Positions 11,371 to 24,382 of a stretch of 64,000 bases of DNA are shown here, in pieces; position 1 is the first letter of the stretch; every line of letters starts with the position of its first letter. The stretch is taken from contig MU054117.1 in NCBI GenBank assembly GCA_013239625.1, positions 1,610,011 to 1,674,010 of the forward strand. Direction: 5' to 3'. The position numbers and the translations under genes were made by a program. Under the pieces are notes generated by a model, which saw only the letters and a list, made by a program, of their open reading frames with translations, ran no database searches and had not been told where the DNA came from. The DNA is from Lama guanicoe. Taxonomy: Eukaryota.

Positions 11371-13759
11371 TCCACGTGGAAATGTCAAATACACAGTCAG
11401 ACGTGAATCTGGAACTCAGAGGGGAGGTTCGTGCAGCTTGTGAGTCATCAGCAAAAAGATGTTCTTTCTCCTAGTTCTCTGTTGCAGCAAGAGAGATTAC
11501 CCTAAAATTAAGAGGCTGGAAACCTCTTTTTTTTTTTTTTTGGTAGCTCAGTTTTGTCTCTGCTGGGCAATTCCTCTGTTCCACGTAGCATCACCTGAGG
11601 TCAGTCATTCCAGGTATTCACCATTTAAAGCTGTGAGCCAAGATAAGACACCACAGGAGTTAATGGGGAAGCCCAAGCCTTGGAACTCCCCGTGTTAGGA
11701 GACCAGCGCACAGAGACTGGGCACTGGGTCACATGCTGCCAGTAAATAAATCAGTACGACGCAGATTAAAAACTGACATTGGATTTAGTGATGTAAACAT
11801 CTGTTGGGAGGCAGAGATACTAAATAATATCCTCCAAACTGAGAAGGAACTTGGAGACCAAAAAACAAAGCTGGTGATTCCAAAAAGTGCCATTAGGCAG
11901 TCTACTGTGGTAACACACAGAGGGTCCTGTGAGGACCGCCCAGAGGCATTCCCAGCTGCTCTGCGCCACCAGGGGTACAGGGGGCCTACAGAGGCCAAAG
12001 CTAAAGGTGGAGTCTGGCTAGGAAGCGGGAGGTACGTGGGCACTGATGGGGACCCAGGGTTTTCCTCCCCCGGGGGGCTTATGACCGTTAACCAACTGCA
12101 TCAGCAGAAGGCATCCTTCCAGCTTCCATATCAGATGAAGGCGAGGGTCAAAGTTGACAGGGGCCATGTCTGACTTGGGCACATTCCCTGCAAGTAGCTA
12201 AAGCTCAGTCGTGCAGAGAGGGGAGGGGTGGCACTGTGGGCCGAAGACGGAGCCACAGAATGGAGTCAGTGTGGTTCAGACACTCGTCACTGGGGCCGAG
12301 TGTGCCACATGTCAGGTGGCTGCGTCAGAAGTTTGGTTAGTTGGCTCAGGGAGAACAGGATGGGTGGAAACGTAAGTTGTGAGTATTAGCCCTTCTTTAG
12401 AGAGTTTCTGTTATAAACACAAGTGGGGAAACACGAGGCGAACATTACTTTCCCCTGCACCTTCCTCCTGTTCCCCAGTCCCACCTGATGGCGCCCACTT
12501 CTGGTCACTTCTGCTTTGGGGCTTGTGAGTGGGGGGCATCCTGGCCGGGACGGGAGTTTGGGGTCCCCTTTATTACCTATTTTATCTGCATAATGAGGAG
12601 ATAACGAAACTTGCTTTAAGTGTCTCCTGCAGCATTTTAACTCCAGAACTGCAGGGAACGGTTTTTAGTCACTGTTCCACCATACACAGTATTATCTAAC
12701 GTTACCCACTGTTTGTGAAGGTTTTTCATACCTGATAAATGTCCATATTTATCTGTAGGTGAAAAGGAATTTGCCTAGCAAGGTTTACAGTTGCAGCGTA
12801 TGTCAGGTCACACCTGCACGTACTAGGAGTACGGCAGAGTCGCGGGGAAGGGCTCGGGTTTGTGCTGTGGCTTAGCGTCTCGCTGCCCGCTTTCCTTGTC
12901 TGAAGCAGAGGCAGTAACAGGAACGGCCCCCTCACGATATTGCAAGGGTTAAATGAGAAAATTTAAACTTCCTAGCTTAGGTTAGTAAGCACTTAGCGTG
13001 TGCAAGTCCTTGATAAAGCCAGCCAGCGTCACTACCGAGCAGGGAGTCAGCTAGGAATGCTCCCAACTGTCCGTGAGGGGAGGCTGGCTTCACAGTAGTG
13101 AGGGTCTGTTTCTCTCACAGACCAACGCTCTCATGTGTTGTGAACCAGGGGGTGTATATGAGTAACATATACTGTGGGATTAACTCGATCATCTACATCT
13201 GAGTTAAGAGAAAGAAACAGAAAAAAAGGTTATTCCTACCGAGACAGCCTAAGTAACTTGGGAGGCAGCTACAGACGCATAACCGAAATCTCTTCTGCCC
13301 TTCTTCCTTCCTACCAGCACCCGACTCGGTGCAGGGGGTAACACGCTTGGGTGAGAACACTCGCCTTCCCAGGTAGGGGCGTCCACGTGACGTTGTTTGG
13401 GCCACTGTGACCTAAGCGTAACACCTGATGAGGTTTCTACAAAAGCTTCTAAAAATTGTCAGACTCAGCTAACATGTCCTTTGTCTTTCTAGTGTCTAGG
13501 ACGTGGGCGTGAGGCTGAGGTGGGACAGTCACACCACGGTCAGGAGGCACACGTGCAGGTGAGAGCCGCATGTCCGGATGGTGAGTGCAAAAGAAGGAAG
13601 GAGCCTGAAGCACGAGCGGCTCCTGGGGCCGCTGCACCCGCGTTAGGCTGGGCCTCGCGACTCCTAACTGTGCGAGAAAAATCCACTTCAATTGAGTTAA
13701 ACCCCTTAATGAGGTTTCTGTGTACAAAAACAGTGCAATTCTAATTGCCATAAGAGCTC

Positions 13760-14870
13760 TAACATTCCAGTGACATAAATCAAGTCTGAAACCCTTACTT
13801 ATGGCAGTATGATTAGCTAACACTGCCATCACATAATTATCTTTTTTTTTTTTGTGAAGTATCTTTTCATTGAACTATAGTTGATCATTTCTTTTTTATG
13901 ATGAAAACATTGAAGATTGAGTCTTTCAGCAACTTTTAGGTACATGAGCAGTATTGTTAGCTCTCAGCACACTGCTGTGCGTGAAGCCCCAGAACTCACT
14001 CGTCTTGTGGTTTCAGGTTTTACCCTTTGATCACATCTCCGAGGTTCCTCCAACCCCCCAGCCCTTGGGAACCAACATTCTACTCTGTTTCTACGAATTC
14101 TGGCTTTTTAGATTCCACGTGTAAGTGACATCATACAGTATTTGTCCTTGCCCCTCACTTAGCATAATGTCCTCGAGGTCCATCCTTGTTGTCCCAAATG
14201 GCAAGATTGCATTCTTTTTTTATGGCTGAATAATATGCAGTTGTGTATACACACCACATCTTCTTTATCCATTCATCCCTCCATGGACAGTTAGGTTGTT
14301 TCCGTATCTTGGCCACTGCAGTAAACATGGGATTGAAGGCATCTTGTTGATACCCTGTTTCCATTTCCTTTGGATATACATCTAGAAATGGAATTGCTGG
14401 ATTGTGTGGTGGTTCTGTTTTTAATGTTTTGAGAAACCTTCATACTGTTTTCCACAGTGGCTGCACCAATTTGCATTCCCACCAGCAGTGCACAAGGGTT
14501 CCCTTTGCTCCACATCCTCGCCAACACTTTTTCTTTTTTCTCATTTTCTGGAGAATAGCCAGTCTAACAGGTGTGACGAGACATCTCATTGTGGCTTTGA
14601 TTTGCATTTCCCTGACAATTAGTGACATTGGTCATCTCTTCACACACCTGTTGGCTATTTGTATGTCTTTAGAAAAATTACTATTCAGTTCCTCTGCCCA
14701 TTTTTTAATTATTGTTTTTTTCTTCTTCTTCTATTGAGTTGTCTGACTTCTGTGTAAGTTTGACCACTAAGCCCTCATCAGATACATGGTGTGCAATATT
14801 TCCCTCCATTCTGTAGGTTGCCTTTCCTTTGCTGTTCAGAAGCTTTTAAGTTTGATGTAGTTCAGGAAAG
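13760..14870 (-). mobile_element. L1 3' end, antisense
   Basis: CACTTAGCATAATGTCCTC, GGAATTGCTGGAT, CATACTGTTTTCCACAGTGGCTGCACCAATTTGCATTCCCACCAGCAGTG. Confidence 0.9.
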
Positions 14871-15549
14871 GCTGGAGGAAAGAATTTGTGCATCAGCGGC
14901 AGATGGAAAAACGTCGGCAGCCCTGTTTAAGTTCTGAGGACTCTGGGCTTGGGGTCTGTATCACTGCAGTCTTTCTTGTTGACAGGTCCCCTTTCAGTGT
15001 AAGGCTTTCCCGGTGCTGTACTGTAATCTATCTGCTTCCTAAGACTGAATTCCTAGTGGGAATCTTGTGTGGTGCTAGGCCCTCAGTGCAGAGTCTGACA
15101 GAGAGCCCTCATAAATTGTCCTTTTAACGTCTTAGTCTTGGTTTCATTAGAAAACAATCAACTTCCAAAAGCACAAGCAATAAAAACGAAAATAAACAGG
15201 TGTTGGGCATCATGATTTTAATTTCAAAGAGTTTTCTTCAGCTAATACATTTTTATTTTTTCTTAGAGGCTACTGCTTCATGGACAGAACACGTGTATCT
15301 TCTTACCTGAGAATATCATTTATGCTTGCTTTCTTTTGCATCTTTTCTTTTTCTATCTGCAGTTTCTCTTGGCTCCCTTTTTCACTTGTTTTAATAATAG
15401 CTCTTATCACAAAGATATTCCTTGTGATACTTTATGTCTTCATATTTAAGAACAAGATATTAATCAGTTCATTGGAAGCTTTCTGAAGAGTATGGAAGCT
15501 CTCTGATTTGCTTTGTTGTAGGCAAGCTTTTAAAAATTATTTAATTTTA

Positions 15550-16260
15550 ATTTAAAAATTGGAAATTATGGTAAAATACACATAATAAAAGTTACCATCT
15601 TAACCATTTTCAAGGGTACATTTAAGTGCACAGATCAGCCATGTTAAGTACATTCACCTTGCACAGCCAGTCTCCAAACTCTTTTCCTTTTGCAAAACTG
15701 AAACTCAGTGTTCATGAAACAACAGCTCCTCACTTTCCTCCCCAGCCCTCGGCTCCTTCTGTCTTTGGGAGCTTGACGACTTTAGGTTCTCCTGTCAGTG
15801 GAAGTGTACGTGCTCATGTTTTCTGACAGGCTTCATTACTTAGCATGATGTCCTCAAGGCTCATGCATTTTGTCGCGGGTCAGAATTTACTTGGGTTTTA
15901 AGGCTGGATTCTAGTCCACTGTATGCATCGCGTTTTGTTCATGCTTCATCTGTCAGTGGACACTGGGGTTGCTTCCACCTCTCGGCTGTTGTGAATAATG
16001 CAGCTATGGACATCCATGTGCGAGTATCTCTTGAAGATTCTGCCTTCAGTTCTTTGGGGTGCACACCTGGAAGTGGAGTTGCTGGGTCATATGGTAACTT
16101 GACTTTTAATTTGTTGAAGAACCACCATACTGTTTTCCATTGCATTTGTACCATCTTACCTTCCCATCAGGAGTGCACAGTGTTCCAATTTTTATATATC
16201 CTTGCCAACATTTGGCATTTTCTATTTTTTTAAATAGTAGCTATTCTATTGAGTGTGGGC
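15550..16260 (-). mobile_element. Older L1 3' end, antisense
   Basis: GGTAAAATACACATAA, TTAGCATGATGTCCTCAAGG, GCTGGGTCATATGGTAACT, CCATACTGTTTTCCAT. Confidence 0.85.
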
Positions 16261-17379
16261 AAGCTGTCTTATGTATATAGTTTTGGACCCTGATTATCCC
16301 ACAGAAAATGATCTTGAACATTTTTTCCATATCAACAGATATTTTTTAAAACATGATTTTTAATGGCTGTACTATTTAACAGATTCCATAAGGTGGCATT
16401 TTATTTGTTTCCACTACTTTTTCAGGGTATCAATAATGTTTGCAGAATATTCTTATAAAGAAACCTTAGTGTACATTCCTGACATTATCCTTGGTTGTTA
16501 AGGTCTTGGAGGTTGAATTCGTGGACCAGAGGGTATTTTTTTAAATATATACTGCCAGGTTGCGGTCCTGAAAGGTTGCATCAGTTTTCATTCCTACTAG
16601 CTGTGTGGAGGTGTCATCGGCACTGGATATTATCAGACAATTATTTCAATGTATGACCATAAATACAAGGTCAGCAATAAGAGACATTGACGGATAACAG
16701 TGGTCAATTCTGAGAATAGTTCTGGCTTTGACGTATGCAAGGTCACGTAAAATGCTGGATTTATTTGTATTTGTATTTTTTGGTACTAATGTACCCATGT
16801 AACATTTATATAAATATTTTAACTTCCTAATTTAAAACAGAAATGGTTGAAGTTATATACTTACTTTAATATGTATGCTTTTTAGTTTCATTAAAGTTAA
16901 AACTTTTTCATGTTTATCTTTCTCCTTTTGTGAAATATCGACTCATTTGTCTATATTTCTTGATTTGTTAGTACTTACATGTGAACTTTACCAAATGTGT
17001 TAATAATAGTCCCCCTTTTTGTTTACTTCCTACCTGTAGTCTCCACCTGCCGTTTTCTTCTCATTTGTTTTTCTGTGATTGACTTCTAGTCTCATGGCAC
17101 TGTGGTCAGCAAAGATGCTTAAAATAATCTATATCCTCAGACTTTTGTGGCTTCTTTTCTTTTCCCTTTTCTCTCGGTCTCTCTCGTTGTTGTTGTTGCT
17201 GTCGTCAGGAGCTGGGGGGGGTACTGCTGATAGGATGGCGTTTCCTCCTGGGGTGACGGCATGTTCTAATACCGGCAGCCGTGATGACTGCGTTCAGTAA
17301 ACATACTACCAGCCAGTGAATCGCACACTTTAAGGGGACGTGTGCAGTATGGCAACTACACCTCAAGAAAGCTATTAAC

Positions 17380-18860
17380 GACAACATCTACGACAGAATC
17401 TACGGGCGTGAACCCCCCGTCATTAAAGGCACCCCCACCCCGGGAGGCGCACACTGAGAGTATGAGACACGCACATGCCAGCAACGCGCAGCCAGTCCAG
17501 ATACACAGGCTGGGGAGGGTCCGCCCGGCTCCCGCACCCACCCGCCCGGCAGAAGCCGGGAGGACGCCGCGCTGTGTTGCAACGTCTACTGGAGACAAAC
17601 TCCCACAGCAAAATAGAGGCCACGCGACCAAACAAATACAGAGCGAAAACACAAGCAGAAGACGCCTGGGGCAGGAGGGGGCTTTTCCAGCCCGCACCCG
17701 CGATGCTCGCACCGGAGCCGGGCTGAGAGCGCAGCTGCAGGGGAGGCTCGGCTCCCTCCGCCACCGCCGGCCCTCCCCGCGAGGCCGGGCTGCCGGCGCC
17801 GGCCGGAGCTGCGCTGCGGGGAAGCGTCAACACGGGAAACCGGGCGGGAGCGTGGGGCTGCCACGACGCGGAAGTCCAGCCGGAGGAGGGAGGGAGGACG
17901 GGGACGGGCGAGCTGCTGCGGGGCGCGGTGACCGGGTCCGAAGGAGGGAGGCTCCACGAGGCAGCGGGTGGACAGCGGCCCCGGCCACCCGGGACGAGGG
18001 GCACCTGACAGGCCCTGCCCCGCGCCCAGATGTGCTGTGCGCACAAGACACACACTGGATTTCAGAGACTTCACGTGCCAAAAAAAAAACAAAAACAAAA
18101 ACAAAACCCAAAAACACCCTAAAATGGCTCTTGAGTAATTTTTAAAATTCCATGTTGAAACGGTAGTATTTTGGTTATATTCAGTTGCATAAAAAATGAA
18201 AATTTATCTCCTCCTTTGCGTAGCCCCCGGAGCTGCTGAAACCACGTGTGGCCCAGGCGCGGTGCCATCCTGCCTGTGAGCTCAGACGTGACCTGAGCCT
18301 GGGTCCCACGCCCAGGTCCACGGGTCACAGAAGCCAGCCTGCAGCAGAGCCGGGCCGGGCGGCCGTCCCTCCGGAGGAAGGGCACTTGTGTCCGCACAGG
18401 AGGACAGGAGAGCCGCTGTACGGCTCCAGGGTTGACAAGAAAATGGCAGCTGCTGGAATAAAACCTAGCCCCTCCATAACAGTGCAAGCTGCCCAGCCAC
18501 CGAAGGCGCCTCCTCCAGCGTCGAGCGCCGGCGCAGGGGTCCAAACCTGAGGGGCGCCGGGACGGGGACACGATACCCAAGAGTTCACCAGCACAGCTTT
18601 CCCTGCCCTCATCAAAGCGCCTAATGGCCACAGACCCGTCCAGCCTGAGGCCGACGCCGGGGCTGCGGGGGGAAGCCCGAGGGCGCCAGCGGGAGGACGC
18701 GGCCCGCGCTCCGCGAGCACCGAGGCCTGGAGTCCGGCCAGCCGCGCTGAGCGCTCAGCGTCCTCCCCTCCAGCAGGGGCTCGCCGTCGGCACACCGGCC
18801 CAGCGGGGCCACCCACCCAGGATGAAGGCAGAGCAAGGCCTCTGCAGGGGCCCCTCCACA
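17380..18860. promoter_or_regulatory. CpG-rich region upstream of the RAD52 promoter, partly repeat-derived
   Basis: High CpG density; includes a MER33-like element. Confidence 0.55.
17960..18265. mobile_element. MER33-like hAT-Charlie DNA transposon relic
   Basis: AGATGTGCTGT...ACACACTGGATTTCAGAGACTT...CATGTTGAAACGGTAGTATTTTGG core matches the recalled MER33 consensus. Confidence 0.65.
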
Positions 18861-19639
18861 CAGGGCGACATCACTTTGAGGCTTATTTTCTACTTTTAGG
18901 AGCTTAAAAAGTTTTATGTAGGTAGCTACGTTCATCCCTCTTTTACCTTACGATTAATTTATCAGCTTTTACAGTTAGCTTTTCTGCATTCTGAGGTCCG
19001 ATACTCATCTGCATTTTTAAACTTTTTTTTAACGTGTACCTGCGTGTATTTAACTTTTCACCCTCGGATTCAGCTACAATTTATTTGGCGTATATTTTGA
19101 TAAGGAACCCGACCCAAATCAGTAACCGTGTCCCAGCTCTGTAAAAGCAAACGTCCCCTTATCTAGCGCGCTGCCCGGTCCGGGAGCTGCCTCCCCGGCG
19201 CATCACGCCCGGAGGTGGGGCCGCGCGCGCGGAGGGCTCGCCGGGCGCATCTGAAACGTCAGGGACTCACTCAGCCCGGGCTAGTGACGACAATTTCCAG
19301 CCTTGCTTTGCGCGTTTCCGTAGGATGGACGGCCCACCCCGCCGACCCCGGCCGCCAGGATCCATCCTGAGCACAAGGCCGCGCGCGGGGGGTCTCCTGT
19401 TGCGCGCCCCGGCCCTCCGGACGCGGGGAGGGGGCGTGTGCGGGGCGTTGCAGGCGGGGCCCGCGAGCGCGGCCGGGGTCTGCGCGGCGCTCCGGCGACC
19501 ATCCTCAGCCGACCTCGGAAACACGGTCTTCGCCCCGCCGCCGCCAGGGGGCAGTACGGGTCCCTGAAGCGCAGGGAGGTCGGCATCGCGAGGCCAGCTC
19601 GCTTTACGGCTCCCGCCTGAGGGCTCTGCTCCCCTCCGG

Positions 19640-19972
19640 CTTGACGTGCGGCTCCTGTTTCTTTCCCCCGCCGCGGTCTGGCGCGTTTTCGGTCGCACCT
19701 TCTTCTTTCCCAAAGCCCTTTGCGCGGCCACCCCCTGAGCCCCTTGCCACTCGCATTAAGGCCGCCCCAGACCGGCGCGCTCTCGCTCGGACCTTCTTCC
19801 CGGCGTCCTGCGCGCGGCCATCCCCGAGGCCCTACTCGCGTTCGGTGGGGACGGAGCTCCGTGCGCGCTCTCGCTCGGACCTTCTTCCCGGCGTCCTGTG
19901 CGCGACTGTTCCCGAGGCCCTACGCGCGTTCGGCGGGGACGGAGCTCCGTGCGCGCCGCGCGGCCGAGGCGC
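19640..19972 (+). other. RAD52: RAD52 non-coding exon 1 (TSS approximate)
   Basis: Donor CGC|GTGAGT at 19972/19973 in the CpG island; next strong acceptor TTTATTTAG|AAG at 23180/23181. Confidence 0.6.
19775..19956 (+). repeat. Tandem duplication, 88-bp unit x2 (7 mismatches)
   Basis: GCGCGCTCTCGCTCGGACCTTCTTCCCGGCGTCCTG...GGAGCTCCGT at 19775 and 19863. Confidence 0.95.
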
Positions 19973-21074
19973 GTGAGTGGGGTCTCGGCCGGGGTTGGAG
20001 GGTTTTCTCTGCGCTCCCGGCTCCGTGGTCCCGGGCCCAGAGGCGCGAGCACGCGGCAGCCCCTGGGTGGGCTGCGAGGGGCGGGGCGGGGCCGGGCCAG
20101 GGGCGGGGAAGGAGGTCCGTTTTTCGAGTTTGACGCGCAGCTCAGCGCTTGGTCAGCTTTTCCAGCCTCTTTGAGGCGCCGCAGTTCACAAAGCGCTTGG
20201 ACTCATCCCCGTAGAGCGAGCAGTAGGGCGGTTTCCCACCGGTTCCGGAAGGCTCTCCCTCCAGAGAAGAACCCCGAGCCCGCCCGGCCCCGTCTGCTCT
20301 CTGGCCCCGTGAGCTCGCGGTTCCGCGTGTTCGCATCAGTGGAGCCGCAGCGTGTGCCCTTCGTGTCCGGCTCCTGGCACCGGGCACCGCGTCCTCCAGG
20401 CTCACCCGTGTGGCACCTGTGCCGGCAGCCGCTCCTTTTTGCGGCCGAATGCTGGTATTTCATTGTACGGATAGGCTGCTCTTTGTTTCTCAATTAACGG
20501 GCATTTGGGTTTTTGCATTTTTTTGCTTCCGAGACCTTTTAAGGTCTATTCCTGCACAGAACTCGCACTCTGGGGCGCACACAGTTTACAACGAAGTTCT
20601 CATCCCGACGTTTTAGCTCTGGGGTTGGATCAGGTGTGCAGTCTTCCAGGAGAGTTTGTCAAGTCTCCTGTTGGCAGTCCAGCGCTTGCGAGCCCGCTGC
20701 CTGGGGGTAACAAGCAGTGTTTGTGTGCAGGTCCCCTCAGAGAGGGGCGGACGTGGAGGCCATGGAAACTGTCTCTGCGGGAGAGGTTTTACCCCAAAAC
20801 GAGACCTACTCGATCTCCGTTACATGTGGGGTCTGTATTTGTGAACCCACCACTGGTTGAAACTTCTTTGCAGCCCCAGGGAAGTACTCGGGGTCTTTGC
20901 GGGATGCGGGCCGCGTGCGCCCCTCCCGCCGTTCCTCTGCTCGGGTCTCAGCGCGCGCTGCAGACCAGCGTCCTGGGGGTGCTGCACGGAGGGCCACGGT
21001 CTGCAGTTCATGCTTTTTGTTAGTGATTCCACTGTGTTGTTTTTTTTTTTAACGAATTTTTGTTAATGGAAGGC

Positions 21075-21545
21075 AAGAGTTTAAATTCTGTAGTGTTTTA
21101 CAATTTTCGTAAGTTTCACATGCATGATTTTACATAATCCAGTAATAGCCCTCCCCCCAATTCCTATCTTGCCCCTCGCCCCTTCCTTCTCCCCGCTGGT
21201 AACTGCTAGTTCACTCTCTGATCTGTGAGTCTGCTGCTTTTTTGTTTTAGTCACTAGTTTTATTTATTTATTTGTTTGTTTGTTTATTTAGATTTTATTG
21301 AGTTATACTCAGTTTACAATGTTGTGTCAGTTTCTGGTGTACAGCACAATTTTCAGTCATACGTGAGTACATATATTCATTTTCATATTCTTTCTCACCG
21401 TGAGCTACTACAAGATCTTGTATATATTTCCTTGTGCTATACAGTATAAACTTGTTTATCTATTCTATATGTAGCTGTCAGTATCTACAAATCTCCAACT
21501 CCAGTCTGTCCCTTCCCACCCCCCAACCCCCGGCAACCACAGAAA
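21075..21545 (-). mobile_element. Young L1 3' tail fragments, antisense
   Basis: CAGTTTACAATGTTGTGTCAGTTTCTGGTGTACAGC...GTGAGCTACTACAAGATCTTG; homologous to 44975-45335 and 50865-51055. Confidence 0.8.
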
Positions 21546-21949
21546 TCTCTTCTGTTAGGCTATTCTCTCCTTTTTCTTTTTATTGTGGTAAAATAGACAT
21601 AATGTAAAATTTATCAAATTAACCATTTTCACGCATGCAATTCAGTGGTGTTAGTACATTCGCAATGTATACCCTTTGTTTTTTAACAAATAACCAGGCA
21701 GGCCGTCATTTGAGACTTTGTGAATGTCCTGTCCCCAACAGCTTTTTAGTATCCCCCATGACTGCTGCTGAATGGTGTTATTATCAGTCAGTTTAATAGG
21801 AAAAGTTTATGAGGTTGATCTGTTAACATTCCCTTTTTCCAGATGAGGAAATTGGAGCGCAGAGAGGTTAACTAATCGCCCAATGTAAGTAATTGGTGGA
21901 GCTCAATACTGAACCACATCCGATCTAACGTTCACGGCTTGCTTTAAGT

Positions 21950-22155
21950 AACGGGCTGTGACACCGCGACCTGTGGGCCAAATCTGCCCCTTTTTGTAGT
22001 AAAGTTTTACTGGGATGTGACCGCGCCCTTTCTTTCCGTATTGTCCACAGCTGCTTTCAAACTAAATGTGGGCTGGTCGTGACAGAGGCCACGTAGCCTG
22101 CAAAATCTAACACCTTTACCCTCTGGCCCTTTTTGGAAAGTTTGCTGACTCCTGC
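21950..22155. mobile_element. MER58A-like hAT MITE
   Basis: CCTGTGGGCCAAATCTGCC...CTCTGGCCCTTT...AAAGTTTGCTGACTCCTG. Confidence 0.7.
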
Positions 22156-23198
22156 TTTATGGAACGGGTATTTAAATTTTTTATTTTTATTAAAAGAATA
22201 CATGCACTTATTTGGACAGGAGATCGTGCTGAAAGTTTCATTTGTGCAGAGGAGAGCCCCGCGCAGAGCTGTGCACCCCGGTGTTGACAGTTACATTCTG
22301 GCTACGTCCTTATTCCACTTTCTTGATTTCACAGCTGTGGACGCTGGTTTGGACACCAATTACCAACCTGGTGTAGGCCACTATCCTACTTTTTAGTGTA
22401 GGATTAATCTTACTATTAGCAGATAATCTGAAGATTTGTAATGTGCACGTTTGCTGAGGCCTGACTGAATCTGCGCGGTCTGGGGCCGGTGCAGCCATTG
22501 GGGTGCGGCTCCACCGGCTGCAGATGCTTTTTCTGAGGGCGGCTGTATTTCCTCGTGGACCACACATTAGCGCGGTCTCCATCTGTTGCATTGGCTCTCA
22601 AATCAAACTGGGGCGAATGTCACAGTCCCTGTGGATGGGGTCAGGCACTGACTCGTGGGCCTCGCCTCTGCTTTCCGATTCGGGGGTGTGTGTCTCTGAC
22701 AGGGGCCCAGGCGATATAGATGCTGCGGGGATGTCAGTGTCAATGCTGCGTCCATCCTGAACGCGGTCTCGCTATTACATCGTAGGTCTCCCACCCGCAG
22801 GTGTGTGAGCTCCAGGAAGCCGTGCACCTGCCAGGGCTTCTGATTCCTCTTCCACCCCGCAGAGGCCGGGGTCCTGCTGCTCACAAGCAGGTCGTCAGAA
22901 ACTGGTTGTTTGCTTTTGTAGTTTTGATTTTTCAATTACAAACACTTTAATTACACCATATAATTATAATACATTCTTATGGTAAAAATCACTTTTAATA
23001 CCACCACCAGGCTCACAAAAATTTGAGCAGGAAGTTAAGCAAAGCCTAGAGGACGTTCAGGGGCTCTTTGGGTGACCACGGCGCCTGGAGGAGGCGCTTC
23101 GTCTGGGCGTTAGCAGAGGCTGTTGCTGTTTGTTTACTGTCAGCATCCTGTGAGATCCTTTTTATCTTCTGTTTATTTAGAAGTCAACCAGAATCAGC

Positions 23199-23279
23199 AT
23201 GTTTGGGACTGAGGAGGCAATTTTCGGCAGCCGTGACAGCCACCCTGCCAGTGGCAGCTCCGTGCTGTGCTTTGGTCAG
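23199..23279 (+). CDS. RAD52: RAD52 coding exon 1 (exon begins 23181): MFGTEEAIFGSRDSHPASGSSVLCFGQ
   Basis: ATG at 23199, donor CAG|GTAACT; matches the RAD52 N-terminus. Confidence 0.95.
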
Positions 23280-24280
23280 GTAACTGCTGCTTTCCTGGAA
23301 GGAAGGGGCTGAGGGAAGAAGGTGCAGGGCAGCACCCTGTGCGTGGCAGCTGCTGCTGCTCTTCTCATTTAGGTGCATGACCTGAGAGTCTCCGATGAGC
23401 TCTGAGGGCATTCTGGAGCTTCAGCTTCAAAAGACTAATAAATGGCACTGGGGGTTACCTTTAGATTTAAATTTTATTTATTTTTGGATAGATTACATTT
23501 TCACGTGCTGTAACATTCAAAATGAAACGAAGACTAGATGTGAAAAGTCTCACTGTTCCCTGTCGCTCCTGTCCACGTTTCACCCACATCTCTCTTTTGG
23601 TGGCATCCAGAGTTTCTGGTGTTGTGTTCTTTGTGGACATACTCTCTGCATGCAAGGGGGATCATTGCTTTGTCCACCCAAATGCTAACTTTGTCTTTGC
23701 CAGAGATCTGTGTGGGAGTGTTTATTCCATTTAGACAGGGCAAGGGGAAAACTACAAAGAGGACGAAACGCTAAGCAAGTAGCAGTGTGTTAACCGCTGT
23801 GCAGGATGGGGATGGCTCAGCTGGAGGAGAGGACAGAGGGACACAGGCTTCTCCCCTCCCCCTCCTCCCCCCTCCTAAGTTTTGTAAGGATGGTTAACAT
23901 ATTAGTAACATCTAGGGCACTGGGTCTCAACATGTGGTCCAGTGACCCCTGGGGTTTCAGAGTCTGTGAAATCAACATTACTTTCATAATGATACTAAAA
24001 CACCCTATGCCTGCTGTACCCTCACCTTTCATGGGTGAGGGGGCAGCCTTCCCGAGGCTGCACAGCCCATGCTGATGTCACTGCTCTGGTGGTCACCGGA
24101 GTGTGTGCCCACCAGCTTTCGCAGGCTTAACTCCTGTCACTCACGGGAACAACTCACATAAGCAGAAGCTCAGGGGCCTCAGTACTTTTTAAGTGGAAGG
24201 AGGTCTGGAGACCAGCAGGTTGAGCCTCGCTGCCAGGAGAGGTGGCACTGCCAGTCTGATTTTCCCTTTCTGGACTGCAG

Positions 24281-24382
24281 TACCAGTACACAGCAGAAGA
24301 GTACCAGGCCATCCAGACCGCTCTGAGGCAGAGGCTGGGCCCAGAATACATCAGTAGCCGCATGGCTGGAGGAGGCCAGAAG
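24281..24382 (+). CDS. RAD52: RAD52 exon: [34 protein letters not shown]
   Basis: CAG| acceptor and |GTAGGG donor; conserved Rad52/22 domain. Confidence 0.98.

Larger units (their letters stand above)
19160..20460 (+). promoter_or_regulatory. RAD52: RAD52 promoter CpG island
   Basis: CpG island ~3 kb upstream of the first coding exon; GC boxes; CTCF-like motif at 19541-19554; donor GTGAGT at 19973. Confidence 0.85.

Noticed and set aside
12481..12494. CTCF-like CCACCTGATGGCGC
   Set aside because: Mismatch at a core position and no supporting context; cannot be distinguished from chance.
17342..18861. 267-aa, 210-aa and other ORFs upstream of RAD52 as a novel gene
   Set aside because: They overlap repeat-derived GC-rich sequence, are open on both strands, and show no splice or domain support.
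23684..23703. Possible cryptic acceptor (GCTAAC...TTTGCCAG) in RAD52 intron 2
   Set aside because: The branch point is only ~15 nt from the AG and no convincing partner donor was found.
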